DNA of 64,000 nt from Porphyromonadaceae bacterium (GTDB lineage Bacteria > Bacteroidota > Bacteroidia > Bacteroidales > UBA12481): contig QYQM01000061.1 in the NCBI GenBank assembly GCA_007280905.1, positions 15,952 through 79,951 on the forward strand, in the 5' to 3' direction. This document shows positions 37,404-47,328 of the stretch, in pieces. The notes under the pieces were generated by a model, which ran no database searches, was not told the DNA's origin, and saw only the letters and a program-made list of their open reading frames with translations. The position numbers were made by a program, and so were the translations under genes. How positions within the stretch are numbered: position 1 is the stretch's first letter; each line of letters starts with the position of its first letter.

Positions 37404-38740
37404 CAGTTTTTATACTTTAGCCATTTCCAAAGCTCTGCATAGTTTACTTTTTTCCCGTACATAAGAATCCCTATCCGGTATATCTTTCCGGCCATCCAGA
37501 TGGTTCCCATGAAAGAGATGATTAACAGGAATGCGGAGAGGCCGAGCTGCCAGTAGGGGACTCCATAGGGAACCCGCGCCATCATAACAATCGGGGAGGT
37601 AAGGGGTATCAGCGAGAAAATGACCGCAATACTGCTGTTGGGGGCTTGCATAGCGTTCATCATGACAAATAGCCCCACAATTATGGGAATCGTAATTGGC
37701 AGCATGAATTGCTGCGTATCAGTATCATTATCTACGGCTGATCCCACTGCTGCAAACAGCGAAGCATACAGGAGGTAACCTCCGATGAAGAAAAAGAGGA
37801 AACAACCGAGGATCAAAGGGAAATTGACAGCAGAAAATTTTCCGGAGATTTCCTTGAACATCTCTTCATATTTACCGGTGCTGGATGCTTTGGCAATTTG
37901 GGTGTTGCCCTTTTCCATGATATTGGAACTGATCGATGTGGTCTGGTTACCGTCCGGTTTATCCTTAAGGACAGATTGTGCACCATAGAAAATCCCAAAG
38001 GTCAGGGCAATCCAGATAACGAATTGGGTTAAACCCACCAGCGCTATTCCGACGACTTTGCCCATCATCAACTGAAAAGGCTTGACCGAGGATATGATAA
38101 CTTCAACAATCCGGTTGGATTTTTCTTCCATCACCCCACGCATCACCTGGGCCCCGAACATGAAAATTAAAAAATACATCAGGAAACCCGAAATGTATCC
38201 GATAACCAGCACCAGACCAGCCGATCCGGCTTTTTCTTCACCGGTGCTGGTCCATTGGATGGTATCCACATTGATATTGGTTGCAATCCGCTGCATGATA
38301 TCCATGGGGACATTTTCATTCTTGAGCTTGATGTTGGTGAAGAAACCATCTAAAGCCTTGACAATATGCTCATTAACTCCAACAGTCGTTTGTTGGTTGG
38401 AATAAAGTTGTACTTTGCTCGATACCAGAACATTCTCGGGTATATAGAGAATGGCATAATAACCGCTTTTGGCGAAATTCTGCTTGATGGTTTCCACTTC
38501 GGTACCGCTTACATACTCGAATTTCATGTAATCGGTCTGGGGAATTGCTCCCTCTGTGATATTGGTTTTGTCAATAACGGCAATGACTTTGGCCTGATTA
38601 TCTTCCTTGGTGGCCAGGTAACCCGGGATGATAAGCATGGCGGCCAAAAGCACCGGTGTTAGCAGTGTCATGATAATGAATGATTTCTTCTTGACCCGGG
38701 TAGTATATTCGCGCTGAATGACGAGGTTTATCTTATTCAT
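37403..38740 (-). CDS. ABC-2 type transporter permease (NatB-like)
   Basis: REY..RVKKKSF, EEKSNRIVEVIISS, GKVVG, PIVMMAR. Confidence 0.9.
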   Translation of the reverse strand: MNKINLVIQREYTTRVKKKSFIIMTLLTPVLLAAMLIIPGYLATKEDNQAKVIAVIDKTNITEGAIPQTDYMKFEYVSGTEVETIKQNFAKSGYYAILYIPENVLVSSKVQLYSNQQTTVGVNEHIVKALDGFFTNIKLKNENVPMDIMQRIATNINVDTIQWTSTGEEKAGSAGLVLVIGYISGFLMYFLIFMFGAQVMRGVMEEKSNRIVEVIISSVKPFQLMMGKVVGIALVGLTQFVIWIALTFGIFYGAQSVLKDKPDGNQTTSISSNIMEKGNTQIAKASSTGKYEEMFKEISGKFSAVNFPLILGCFLFFFIGGYLLYASLFAAVGSAVDNDTDTQQFMLPITIPIIVGLFVMMNAMQAPNSSIAVIFSLIPLTSPIVMMARVPYGVPYWQLGLSAFLLIISFMGTIWMAGKIYRIGILMYGKKVNYAELWKWLKYKN

Positions 38741-38758
38741 GGTTTTCAGTTTTTGAGG

Positions 38759-39688
38759 TTATTGTTTGTGATTGGTTCCTTCAACCGCACGAATGAAAAT
38801 ATCATTCATGCTTGGGATTACCTCTTCGAATGAAATAATATCAACCGTTGAATTGATGGCCGTAACCATGTCCCTCACGGGCATGCGGCTCTGCTGTTTG
38901 AGAATCAGGTGGCCGATGTTACCGCGTGTGGGTTCCTCCATAATTTCAATTCCTGAATCCAGTGCATTCCTGAGGGCTTGAGCATCTCCTTTAAATTTCA
39001 GTTCATAGGTATCGGGTTTAAACCGCGACCGCACTTCATCGATATTTCCTTCAAGGATGGTTTTCCCTTTGTCGATCAGCGCAATATGGTCGCAAAGTTC
39101 CTCAACGGAGGCCATGATATGGGTGGAGAATACGATGGTGGCACCATTATCACGGAGACGGAGAATCTCGTTTTTTACCAGGTTGGTGTTGATGGGATCA
39201 AATCCGGTAAAAGGTTCATCGAATATCAGCAACTTCGGGTCATGTAGAACTGTTACAATGAATTGGACCTTTTGTGCCATCCCTTTTGAAAGCTCTTCAA
39301 CCTTTTTATCCCACCAGGTTTGAATCTCGAACTTTTCAAACCAGTACTTAAGCTTTTTTAATCCGTCGGTCCTCGACATTCCTTTCAGTTGAACCAGGTA
39401 GAGTGCCTGTTCGCCTACCTTCATTTTCTTGTACAAACCCCGTTCTTCCGGGAGATACCCGATATGATACACATCTTCCATGGTCATTTTTTTACCACGG
39501 AAAAGTACCTCCCCCTGATCAGGAGCGGTAATTTGGGTAATGATCCGGATCAGAGTTGTTTTTCCGGCTCCGTTTGGACCCAGCAATCCGAAGATGCTCC
39601 CTTCGGGAACATCAATGCTCACTTTGTCTAATGCCAGATGATTCGCAAATTGTTTGACTACATTGCTGGCAGTCAGAAAGTTATTCAT
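38759..39688 (-). CDS. ABC transporter ATP-binding protein
   Basis: GPNGAGKTT, YLPEERGLY, LSKGMAQK, IFDEPF. Confidence 0.94.
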   Translation of the reverse strand: MNNFLTASNVVKQFANHLALDKVSIDVPEGSIFGLLGPNGAGKTTLIRIITQITAPDQGEVLFRGKKMTMEDVYHIGYLPEERGLYKKMKVGEQALYLVQLKGMSRTDGLKKLKYWFEKFEIQTWWDKKVEELSKGMAQKVQFIVTVLHDPKLLIFDEPFTGFDPINTNLVKNEILRLRDNGATIVFSTHIMASVEELCDHIALIDKGKTILEGNIDEVRSRFKPDTYELKFKGDAQALRNALDSGIEIMEEPTRGNIGHLILKQQSRMPVRDMVTAINSTVDIISFEEVIPSMNDIFIRAVEGTNHKQ

Positions 39689-39720
39689 AGGTAAAAATTT
39701 ATGACTTTTATTTTAAGTAC

Positions 39721-40866
39721 TCACTCGAACATTTCCTTCATCCGGCGAAATACATTTTTCTCAGCACTCGTAGGGTTTGGAGTAAAATTAGAAGATTTAC
39801 CAAGATCCTCAACCATTCGCCGCTCATCTTTCGACATCGTTTTTGGAATCCAGACATTGATCCTTACCAGAAGGTCGCCTTTGCCATAACCGTTAAGGTC
39901 GGGTATCCCTTTTCCTCTAAGCCTCAATATTTTACCTGGTTGGGTTCCGGGTTCGATCTTTACCTTTACTTTACCATCTACGGTAGGGATCTCAACGGCT
40001 GAGCCCAGGGCAGCATCCGGAATAGAAACGAATAAGTTAAACACTAGGTCGTTGCCATCGCGGATCAAGTCGGGGTGTTCGGCCTCTTCAACCATGATCA
40101 GCAGGTCACCATTAATCCCGCCTCTTCGGGCAGCATTTCCTTTTCCGCTCATTGATAGTTGCATTCCCTCCTGAACACCGGCTGGAATATTGATTTTGAT
40201 AACCTCTTCCCCTTTAATTATTCCCTCTCCATAGCAGGATGTGCATTTTTGGGAAATGATCCTACCTTCTCCTCCACAGGCCGGACAAACCGTGGTTGTC
40301 TGCATTTGGCCCAGAATGGTATGTGCTACGCGGGTAACCTGTCCATGGCCATTGCAGGTTGAACAGGCAGAATAGGAAGACCCGTCAGCAGCACCAGTAG
40401 CACTACAGGAATCGCATGGTATATATTTATGTACCTTGATTTTTTTCTCGGCACCTTTAACAATCTCTTCAAGTGTAAGCTTAACCTTGACGCGGAGGTT
40501 GGTTCCATGGTTTACCTGTTTCTGGCGTCCCCTCGAAGAACTGCCAAACCCGCCAAAGCCCATATCACTGAAAATGTCACCAAAATGGGAGAATATGTCC
40601 TCCATATTCATCCCGCCTGCTCCAAAGCCTCCACCTCCATTGCCCAAGCCTGCATGCCCATATTGGTCGTAACGGGCCTTTTTATCAGAATTGGATAAAA
40701 CTTCATAAGCTTCGGCAGCTTCCTTGAATTTCCCTTCAGCGTCCTTGTTTCCGGGATTTTTATCCGGATGCCATTTCATTGCCTGCCGACGATAGGCTTT
40801 CTTAATTTCTTCAGGAGAGGCATTCTTTGAAATACCCAGTATTTCGTAATAATCTCTTTTTGTCAT
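39721..40866 (-). CDS. dnaJ: Chaperone DnaJ
   Basis: J domain HPD, G/F region, four CxxCxxxG-type zinc repeats. Confidence 0.97.
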   Translation of the reverse strand: MTKRDYYEILGISKNASPEEIKKAYRRQAMKWHPDKNPGNKDAEGKFKEAAEAYEVLSNSDKKARYDQYGHAGLGNGGGGFGAGGMNMEDIFSHFGDIFSDMGFGGFGSSSRGRQKQVNHGTNLRVKVKLTLEEIVKGAEKKIKVHKYIPCDSCSATGAADGSSYSACSTCNGHGQVTRVAHTILGQMQTTTVCPACGGEGRIISQKCTSCYGEGIIKGEEVIKINIPAGVQEGMQLSMSGKGNAARRGGINGDLLIMVEEAEHPDLIRDGNDLVFNLFVSIPDAALGSAVEIPTVDGKVKVKIEPGTQPGKILRLRGKGIPDLNGYGKGDLLVRINVWIPKTMSKDERRMVEDLGKSSNFTPNPTSAEKNVFRRMKEMFE

Positions 40867-40884
40867 TTTTCCTGTTTACCGTCA

Positions 40885-41469
40885 TTAATCCCCTACAACT
40901 ACCCTGGCAAACCGGATAACACGGTCGTGCAGGTAGTAACCTTTCTCAATAACTTCAACTACCTTACCCTTTTGCTCAGGATTTGGGGCAGGTATCTTCG
41001 TCAGCGCTTCGTGAATATCGCTGTTGAAATCCTGATTCAGACATTCAATCTCCTGAATGCCATTCTGTTTCAGGAAATCCCGAAAATTGGCATAAATGAG
41101 TTCAATGCCATGTTTAACTGCATCAATATCACTCGTTTCCCGAATCGATTGGATAGCTCTTTCAAGATTATCGACTACGGGCAGTATTTGTAGTAATACA
41201 GTTTCTCCACCCATTTTGGTGAGATCCATTTTTTCTTTTAATGTCCGCTTTCGGTAATTATCGAACTCAGCTGATAAACGCAAATACTTGTCGTTCATTT
41301 CGATGAGTTTATTGGCCATCTCTTCGAACTCTTTTTTATATCCGCCGACAGCTAACTTCTTTTTCTTGCCACTTTCGCTCTTTGGGGATTCCGCCCCTTC
41401 GGCCTGCTCCATTTCCTGATCTTTTAATTGTTCAGGAATTTCGGACATAGTCATGTCATCTGAATCCAT
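40885..41469 (-). CDS. grpE: Nucleotide exchange factor GrpE
   Basis: LRLSAEFDNYRKR, LPVVDNLERA, KGY.L.DRVIR.ARVVV. Confidence 0.96.
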   Translation of the reverse strand: MDSDDMTMSEIPEQLKDQEMEQAEGAESPKSESGKKKKLAVGGYKKEFEEMANKLIEMNDKYLRLSAEFDNYRKRTLKEKMDLTKMGGETVLLQILPVVDNLERAIQSIRETSDIDAVKHGIELIYANFRDFLKQNGIQEIECLNQDFNSDIHEALTKIPAPNPEQKGKVVEVIEKGYYLHDRVIRFARVVVGD

Positions 41470-41514
41470 AAGTATAAATGGGCTTTAAATTATTTAATAA
41501 GCGATCTGGCAACC

Positions 41515-41554
41515 TCAAATTATTTGCCAACTCAAAAGTCCGACAATATGGCAG
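41515..41554 (-). promoter_or_regulatory. Candidate heat-shock regulatory motif upstream of grpE-dnaJ
   Basis: Minus strand CTGCCATATTGTCG-N10-TTGGCAAATAATTTGA; second box resembles a -24/-12 promoter. Confidence 0.45.
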
Positions 41555-41570
41555 AAGCTGGCTGGAATGA

Positions 41571-42875
41571 TTAAATTCTCCTGATGGAAGCCCCGATTGC
41601 ATTCAGCCTCCGGTCAATTTCCTGATATCCACGATCAATCTGTTCAATATTATATATCACACTGGTACCTTCAGCACTTAGTGCCGCAATCAATAAAGCT
41701 ACTCCGGCCCTGATATCGGGAGTGATTAAAGTGGCCGGACGAAGTGGTAAATGCCTGTCGAGGCCGATAACAGTAGCCCGATGGGGATCACAGAGGATGA
41801 TCCTGGCTCCCATATCAATAAGTTTATCGACAAAAAACAGCCGGCTTTCGAACATTTTCTGATGAATCAGCAAAGAACCCCTCGCTTGTGTGGCTACAAC
41901 CAGGAAAACCGACAGAAGGTCGGGTGTTAGTCCTGGCCAGGGGGCATCGGCTATTGTCATGATCGATCCGTCCATAAACGTCTCTATCTCATAATGATCC
42001 TGCGATGGAATGTATAAATCATTGCCCCGCTGTTCAAAGTGGATTCCCAGCCGGGCAAAGGAATGGGGGATCAATCCCAGATGCTCCGGAAAATATTGCT
42101 TGATGGTGATTTCCGAGCGTGTAAGTGCAGCCAGGCCGATAAAACTTCCGATTTCGATCATATCAGGGAGGATGGTATGATCGGTGCCGGTCAGCTGATC
42201 AACTCCTTCAATGGTTAACAGATTTGACCCGATACCGTTGATTCTGGCCCCCATTCGGCTAAGCATCAGGCACAATTGCTGAACATAGGGTTCACAGGCA
42301 GCATTGAAGATGGTTGTTTTACCGGGAGTCAGCACCGCAGCCATCAAAACATTGGCGGTACCGGTAACCGATGCTTCCTCAAGAAGCATAAAGGCACCCT
42401 TCATGTTTTTTCCGGTAATTACAAATTGTTCTTTCGCTGCATCATAATCAATTTGTGCCCCCAATCTGGAAAGCCCATGGAAATGGGTGTCGAGCCTCCT
42501 CCTGCCGATTTTGTCTCCACCGGGCTGAGGCATGCAGGCCTTTCCGCATCTGGCAATCAGCGGTCCCACCAGCATAACTGAACCACGCAGGCGTATAGCC
42601 ATTTGGCGGAATTCGTCGCTCTCAAGATAATTGATATCGAGTTCAGCAGCACGGAATGACCAGGTTGAAGGATCGATTTGTTTGGTTTCAACTCCTATTT
42701 CAGCCAGTAATCTGATAAGAATTTGAACATCAAGGATTTCTGGAATATTCCGGATGACTACCGATTCACTGGTCAGTAAAGTGGCACAAATTACCTGTAA
42801 AGCTTCATTCTTGGCCCCTTGCGGCGTCAGCTCACCTTTGAGCGGACGGCCACCTGTGATCTCGAAAGCAGCCAT
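41571..42875 (-). CDS. murA: UDP-N-acetylglucosamine 1-carboxyvinyltransferase (Asp at the Cys115 position)
   Basis: GAKNEAL, LRGSV, PGGDKIGRRRLDTH, SVTGTAN, FESR, DIRAG, IDRGY. Confidence 0.96.
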   Translation of the reverse strand: MAAFEITGGRPLKGELTPQGAKNEALQVICATLLTSESVVIRNIPEILDVQILIRLLAEIGVETKQIDPSTWSFRAAELDINYLESDEFRQMAIRLRGSVMLVGPLIARCGKACMPQPGGDKIGRRRLDTHFHGLSRLGAQIDYDAAKEQFVITGKNMKGAFMLLEEASVTGTANVLMAAVLTPGKTTIFNAACEPYVQQLCLMLSRMGARINGIGSNLLTIEGVDQLTGTDHTILPDMIEIGSFIGLAALTRSEITIKQYFPEHLGLIPHSFARLGIHFEQRGNDLYIPSQDHYEIETFMDGSIMTIADAPWPGLTPDLLSVFLVVATQARGSLLIHQKMFESRLFFVDKLIDMGARIILCDPHRATVIGLDRHLPLRPATLITPDIRAGVALLIAALSAEGTSVIYNIEQIDRGYQEIDRRLNAIGASIRRI

Positions 42876-42888
42876 GGTTTGTCCGATT

Positions 42889-43506
42889 TTAATACCGTTT
42901 CTTAAAAGTGTGATTTTGCTTCTGAGGAAACCTTTTCTTGGTGATTACCGATTTTGGCGGCAAATCTTTGATCTCAGCCAAAACCGTTCCAGCTGGAAGA
43001 GTCAGCCTGTCGCGCGATAATTCCCGAAGGGCAATCAGGATGATTTCATCCGTTACATTATCTTTATTCCAGGTTAAGTAGGAGATTTTCATGTGATTGG
43101 CAATCTGCCGGGTGTATTCAAATTTCTTCTCCTCATCCGTAATCAGAAGTGCTTTTTCAATTAACAGTTCAGCAATCTTGCCATAATGACGAAACCGTAT
43201 CTTGGATATCGGATAGGGAACCCTGTCTGGCTTTCCGAGGAAATGGTCCATCGAAGGCACCTCAAACGGACAATCGATATCCAGCTGAAAATCAGCAATA
43301 AGATGCAGGTGATCCCACAGTTTATGCTTATAATCGCGGTTGTCCCGCAGTGTTGGGTTGATATTCCCCATCACATCAATAATGATCTGAATGGCGGCAT
43401 TTCGCTCGGCCCTGTCTGGAATATGTATCGCATAATCAACCATATTTTGCACGATACGCCCGTATTCAGGCATCCTTAGCCGTTTTTCTTTTTTGCTGTA
43501 TTCCAT
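42889..43506 (-). CDS. DUF4290 domain protein
   Basis: MPEYGR.VQNMV, HKLWDHL, RHYGK, IANHMK; adjacent to murA as is usual in Bacteroidota. Confidence 0.88.
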   Translation of the reverse strand: MEYSKKEKRLRMPEYGRIVQNMVDYAIHIPDRAERNAAIQIIIDVMGNINPTLRDNRDYKHKLWDHLHLIADFQLDIDCPFEVPSMDHFLGKPDRVPYPISKIRFRHYGKIAELLIEKALLITDEEKKFEYTRQIANHMKISYLTWNKDNVTDEIILIALRELSRDRLTLPAGTVLAEIKDLPPKSVITKKRFPQKQNHTFKKRY

Positions 43507-43550
43507 TGATTTTACATTGAATGGGACAAAGGTAGGGATTTTTACACACT

Positions 43551-45851
43551 TCAGGTCTTAATAATTTTCAAGCGTGCAAATTTTAGAAGCAGCTGCTTGT
43601 TGCCTGTATCTTTAAAAAACACGGTGGCCATGCGGTTATTTCCTTCTCCTTCAATCTGCAGAACTTTTCCGTTTCCAAAGCGAGGATGAGTTATCGTCAT
43701 ACCCGACTGAATAGCGGCGGGATCATCCGATTCAAAATTCTCATCAACCGGTGGCCTGGGACCAGGTTTATTGCTGACAGGAATAATCCTCCTGGCAGGT
43801 GGGGGAATGGGGCGTGGAGAATTAAATTCCTCCTCCTCTTCTTCCATACTTTGCCCACTGATATTTCTTTGATTCCCCCCACCGGTAACTGTCAGGAATT
43901 TCGGATCAATCTCACGGATAAACCTGCTCGGCCGGCAATCCATCAAACTTCCCCACCGATACCGGGTTTTGGCCAGGGTAATAACTACACGCTTCATGGC
44001 TCTTGTGATAGCCACATAAAACAGTCTGCGCTCTTCCTCAATCTCTTTTGCAGAACCATTCGAAAATGATGAAGGGAATAGCTCTTCTTCAACACCGGCG
44101 ATGAAAACATAACCAAACTCAAGGCCTTTGGCCGAATGAATGGTCATCAAACTTACCTTGTTGCGGTCTTCCGGCTTGTCATTATCCTGATCGGTCATCA
44201 GGGAAACATTCTGCAGGAAAAAATCCATACCACTGAAACTGGCATCTTCACCTTCCTGATTCCCTTGATCAACAAATACTTTGATACCGTTGATCAACTG
44301 CTCGATATTCTCAAATTTACTGAGACCCTCGGGTGTGCGATCAAAACGATATTCCTCGAGGATGCCGGTTCCCTGCACAACACGCATGGCTAATTCATAA
44401 GCATCAACGGTATCCGCTATTGATGAGAATTCTTCGATAAGATGCCTGAACTGCAAAAGTTTTTCGGCAGTACCTTTATTAAATTGAGGGACATACGCAA
44501 CGGGATCTCCCAGCACAAACCAAATCGGGCATTGGGCTTGCATAGCGGCTTCACTCAGGCGGTCGAGTGTCGTTTTACCGATGCCCCTGGCCGGATAATT
44601 AATGATTCTTTTTAAAGATTCATCATCACGGTGGTTCAGAATCAGCCTGAAATAGGCCAGGATATCCTTGATTTCCTTCCGTTGATAAAATGAAATACTT
44701 CCATATATCTTATAAGGGATATTCTGTTTCCTGCATGCTTCTTCAATAATCCGTGATTGGGCATGAGTCCGGTATAATACGGCAAATTCTTTAAAATCAG
44801 CTTGTTCTTGCAAATGCGTATCCAGAATACGGTTGGAAATAAAAAACCCTTCCTCCTGATCAGTCAGCGATTGAGCCACTTCAACCAGGGCACCGGTCTC
44901 ATTTGCCGACCAGATGGTTTTCGGAATACGGCTTTGATTTTTCAGAATTAAACTATTGGCAGCTTCAACGATAGTCTGGGTCGACCGATAGTTCTGTTCG
45001 AGCTTGAAAATCTTGTATTCCGGATAATCAATTCTGAAATTCAGGATATTCTCAATCCTGGCTCCACGGAAAGAATAAATGCTCTGAGAATCATCGCCAA
45101 CGACGCAGAGATTCCGATGGGTCCGGGCGAGGAGGTTAAGGATTGAATATTGTGCGTAATTCGTATCCTGATATTCATCCACGAGTATATGCCGGAACTG
45201 ATCCTGATAACGCTTTAAAATCTCCGGATTGTTTTGAAACAGCAGGAACGTGTTCAGCAACAGATCATCAAAGTCCATGGCTCCGGCATTCCGGCAACGC
45301 CTGGCATAGGTAATATATATATTAGACATATCTGGCCGCCGGGCGTACTCATCTACTGCTATCCATTCGCTTCTTGATGGATAACTTTCCGCGGTAATTA
45401 ACTGATTCTTGGCCGAAGAGATCCTCCGCAGAACTTCACCCACCGGATAAATGTCGTCATCCAGTTTAAGATCGTGCAAAATACTTCTGATTAGACTTTT
45501 CGTGTCATCACTATCATAAATCGTGAAATTCTGGCTATATCCGATAGCCTGGCATTCTCTTCGGAGGATACGGGCAAAAAGTGAATGAAAGGTGCCCATC
45601 CAAAGGGCACGGGTAATATCCGGCTGCATCAGTTGTTCGATCCGGTCTCTCATTTCCCTGGCGGCCTTGTTGGTGAAAGTGAGGGAAAGAATATTCCGGG
45701 CATGAATACCCTGTTCCAGAAGCCAGGCTATTTTAAAGGTGAGTACCCGGGTTTTTCCCGACCCGGCTCCCGCAATAACAAGCACCGGACCATCCGTTTG
45801 CACCACGGCTTCACGTTGAATTGGGTTTAAGTCTTTAAGAAAATTGTTCAC
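43551..45851 (-). CDS. pcrA: UvrD/PcrA family ATP-dependent DNA helicase
   Basis: AGAGSGKT, TFTNKAA, VDEYQDTN, VGDDSQSIY, LEQNYRS, MTIHSAKGLEF, EERRLFYVAITRA. Confidence 0.94.
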   Translation of the reverse strand: MNNFLKDLNPIQREAVVQTDGPVLVIAGAGSGKTRVLTFKIAWLLEQGIHARNILSLTFTNKAAREMRDRIEQLMQPDITRALWMGTFHSLFARILRRECQAIGYSQNFTIYDSDDTKSLIRSILHDLKLDDDIYPVGEVLRRISSAKNQLITAESYPSRSEWIAVDEYARRPDMSNIYITYARRCRNAGAMDFDDLLLNTFLLFQNNPEILKRYQDQFRHILVDEYQDTNYAQYSILNLLARTHRNLCVVGDDSQSIYSFRGARIENILNFRIDYPEYKIFKLEQNYRSTQTIVEAANSLILKNQSRIPKTIWSANETGALVEVAQSLTDQEEGFFISNRILDTHLQEQADFKEFAVLYRTHAQSRIIEEACRKQNIPYKIYGSISFYQRKEIKDILAYFRLILNHRDDESLKRIINYPARGIGKTTLDRLSEAAMQAQCPIWFVLGDPVAYVPQFNKGTAEKLLQFRHLIEEFSSIADTVDAYELAMRVVQGTGILEEYRFDRTPEGLSKFENIEQLINGIKVFVDQGNQEGEDASFSGMDFFLQNVSLMTDQDNDKPEDRNKVSLMTIHSAKGLEFGYVFIAGVEEELFPSSFSNGSAKEIEEERRLFYVAITRAMKRVVITLAKTRYRWGSLMDCRPSRFIREIDPKFLTVTGGGNQRNISGQSMEEEEEEFNSPRPIPPPARRIIPVSNKPGPRPPVDENFESDDPAAIQSGMTITHPRFGNGKVLQIEGEGNNRMATVFFKDTGNKQLLLKFARLKIIKT

Positions 45852-46017
45852 TTTTAAATCTTTAAGAATACGGAAATGTTCAATTTAACGTTAGTGGTTG
45901 TAGCACCGGAAAGTACGCCAAAAATAACAATTGTCGCTTATAGAGGCATGATCGAAATGTGTCGAATTCCGGCTAAGATTTACTAATATTGTAACTCATT
46001 AACAGTAAGCGCTGATA

Positions 46018-47262
46018 TTGATGAAATACCGTTTGTTTTCTCAGACTGGCCCGATGGCCGCTTTCTTTTTTACATTCCTCCTGCCTGTTGTTCTGATGGC
46101 CCAGGAAGGTGATTATACCGTCAGGATCAAACAGCCTGCAGTCGATACACTGAAATCCTGCCCGGGTAAAAGTATTATATTTATGGCTGAAGGGCTTAAT
46201 GCAGATTTTTCTTCCTTCGATCCAAACCAGGTGACATTCACCTGGGATTTCGGTTATAACGGTCTGGTCCGGACCGGTCAGAACGTTACATTTTCATATC
46301 CGGAAGGCGGTCACTATACCGTTCGGCTCTATGTCACAAGCAGAACAGGAGGACCAGCAGCTAAAAATGTACCCGATATGAATGTTTTCATCGGAATGCG
46401 CCCTTCTTTTTCGGGAACCCGTTCTGATCAAACTTCGATTTGCAGCGGCAATGAAATTGGTTTAACTGGTTTTGTTACATCAATTCCCTGGACAAAGGAC
46501 ACATTCCAGTTTGAAAATACCCATCCTCAGGCTGATTTTACGTGGGATGGGGTAGGGATTCAGTCCGACCGTAATGGGATAGCCAGGATTAAGCCACCGC
46601 TCAATAAGGGTAATCTGAATTATATTTTTAGGGTTACCGACAATTTTGGTTGTTATCATGACACCACCCTCACCTTATATGGAGTTTATGCTTCCTTTAC
46701 CGTGGCTCCGAAAAACGGAGAGGCTCCTCTTGAAGTTTCCATGGTGATTGATTCTGCTTCCAATGGGGGTTCTGAAACAAGCATTACTTATAATTGGGAG
46801 TTTTACGAAAATACCGATACATCGAATCTGCTGACCACTACTGAAAAAAAATTTTCCCTGGAGCGCCCGGGTGAATATACCAGCCGTGTTGTCGCGAAAT
46901 ATCTTCAATGCCGTAATGTTTTTACTTCTGAAGATTATATACGCGTGGACTCTTCCCTTTTAGAAATTCCCAATGTTTTTACTCCGAATGAAGATGGTGC
47001 CAATGACTATTTCCAGGTAAAAGCTCTCTCCTTAAGAAGTTTCTCAGGCAGGATCATGAACCGCTGGGGACGAGTCGTTTATGAATGGACCGACCCCAAA
47101 ACGCTCGAGAAAGGATGGAACGGCAGATATATGACTGATGGCCAGCCTGCACCTTCCGGAACTTACTATTATATCATCTCGGCAACCGGTTATGATGATG
47201 TGATTTATAAGGGAAAAGTCAACGATAAAGTCTATTATGGATTTCTAACCTTGATCAGATAA
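46018..47262 (+). CDS. PKD-domain protein with gliding-motility-associated (T9SS type B) C-terminal domain
   Basis: Signal peptide, FTWDFG PKD motif, IPNVFTPNEDGAND.F, NRWG..VYE, GWNG, GTYYY, GFLTLIR. Confidence 0.88.
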   Translation: MMKYRLFSQTGPMAAFFFTFLLPVVLMAQEGDYTVRIKQPAVDTLKSCPGKSIIFMAEGLNADFSSFDPNQVTFTWDFGYNGLVRTGQNVTFSYPEGGHYTVRLYVTSRTGGPAAKNVPDMNVFIGMRPSFSGTRSDQTSICSGNEIGLTGFVTSIPWTKDTFQFENTHPQADFTWDGVGIQSDRNGIARIKPPLNKGNLNYIFRVTDNFGCYHDTTLTLYGVYASFTVAPKNGEAPLEVSMVIDSASNGGSETSITYNWEFYENTDTSNLLTTTEKKFSLERPGEYTSRVVAKYLQCRNVFTSEDYIRVDSSLLEIPNVFTPNEDGANDYFQVKALSLRSFSGRIMNRWGRVVYEWTDPKTLEKGWNGRYMTDGQPAPSGTYYYIISATGYDDVIYKGKVNDKVYYGFLTLIR

Positions 47263-47319
47263 AAAAAAGAAGATGTCAATTCTTCAGTGAGTTGACATCT
47301 TCCCTTGAATTGACATCTT
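47261..47319 (-). terminator. Intrinsic terminator of the EF-G2 gene with a duplicated arm
   Basis: Minus strand GAAGATGTCAACTC ACTGAA GAATTGACATCTTC TTTTTTTT; extra arm copy at 47307-47319. Confidence 0.75.
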
Positions 47320-47328
47320 TAATTAAGC

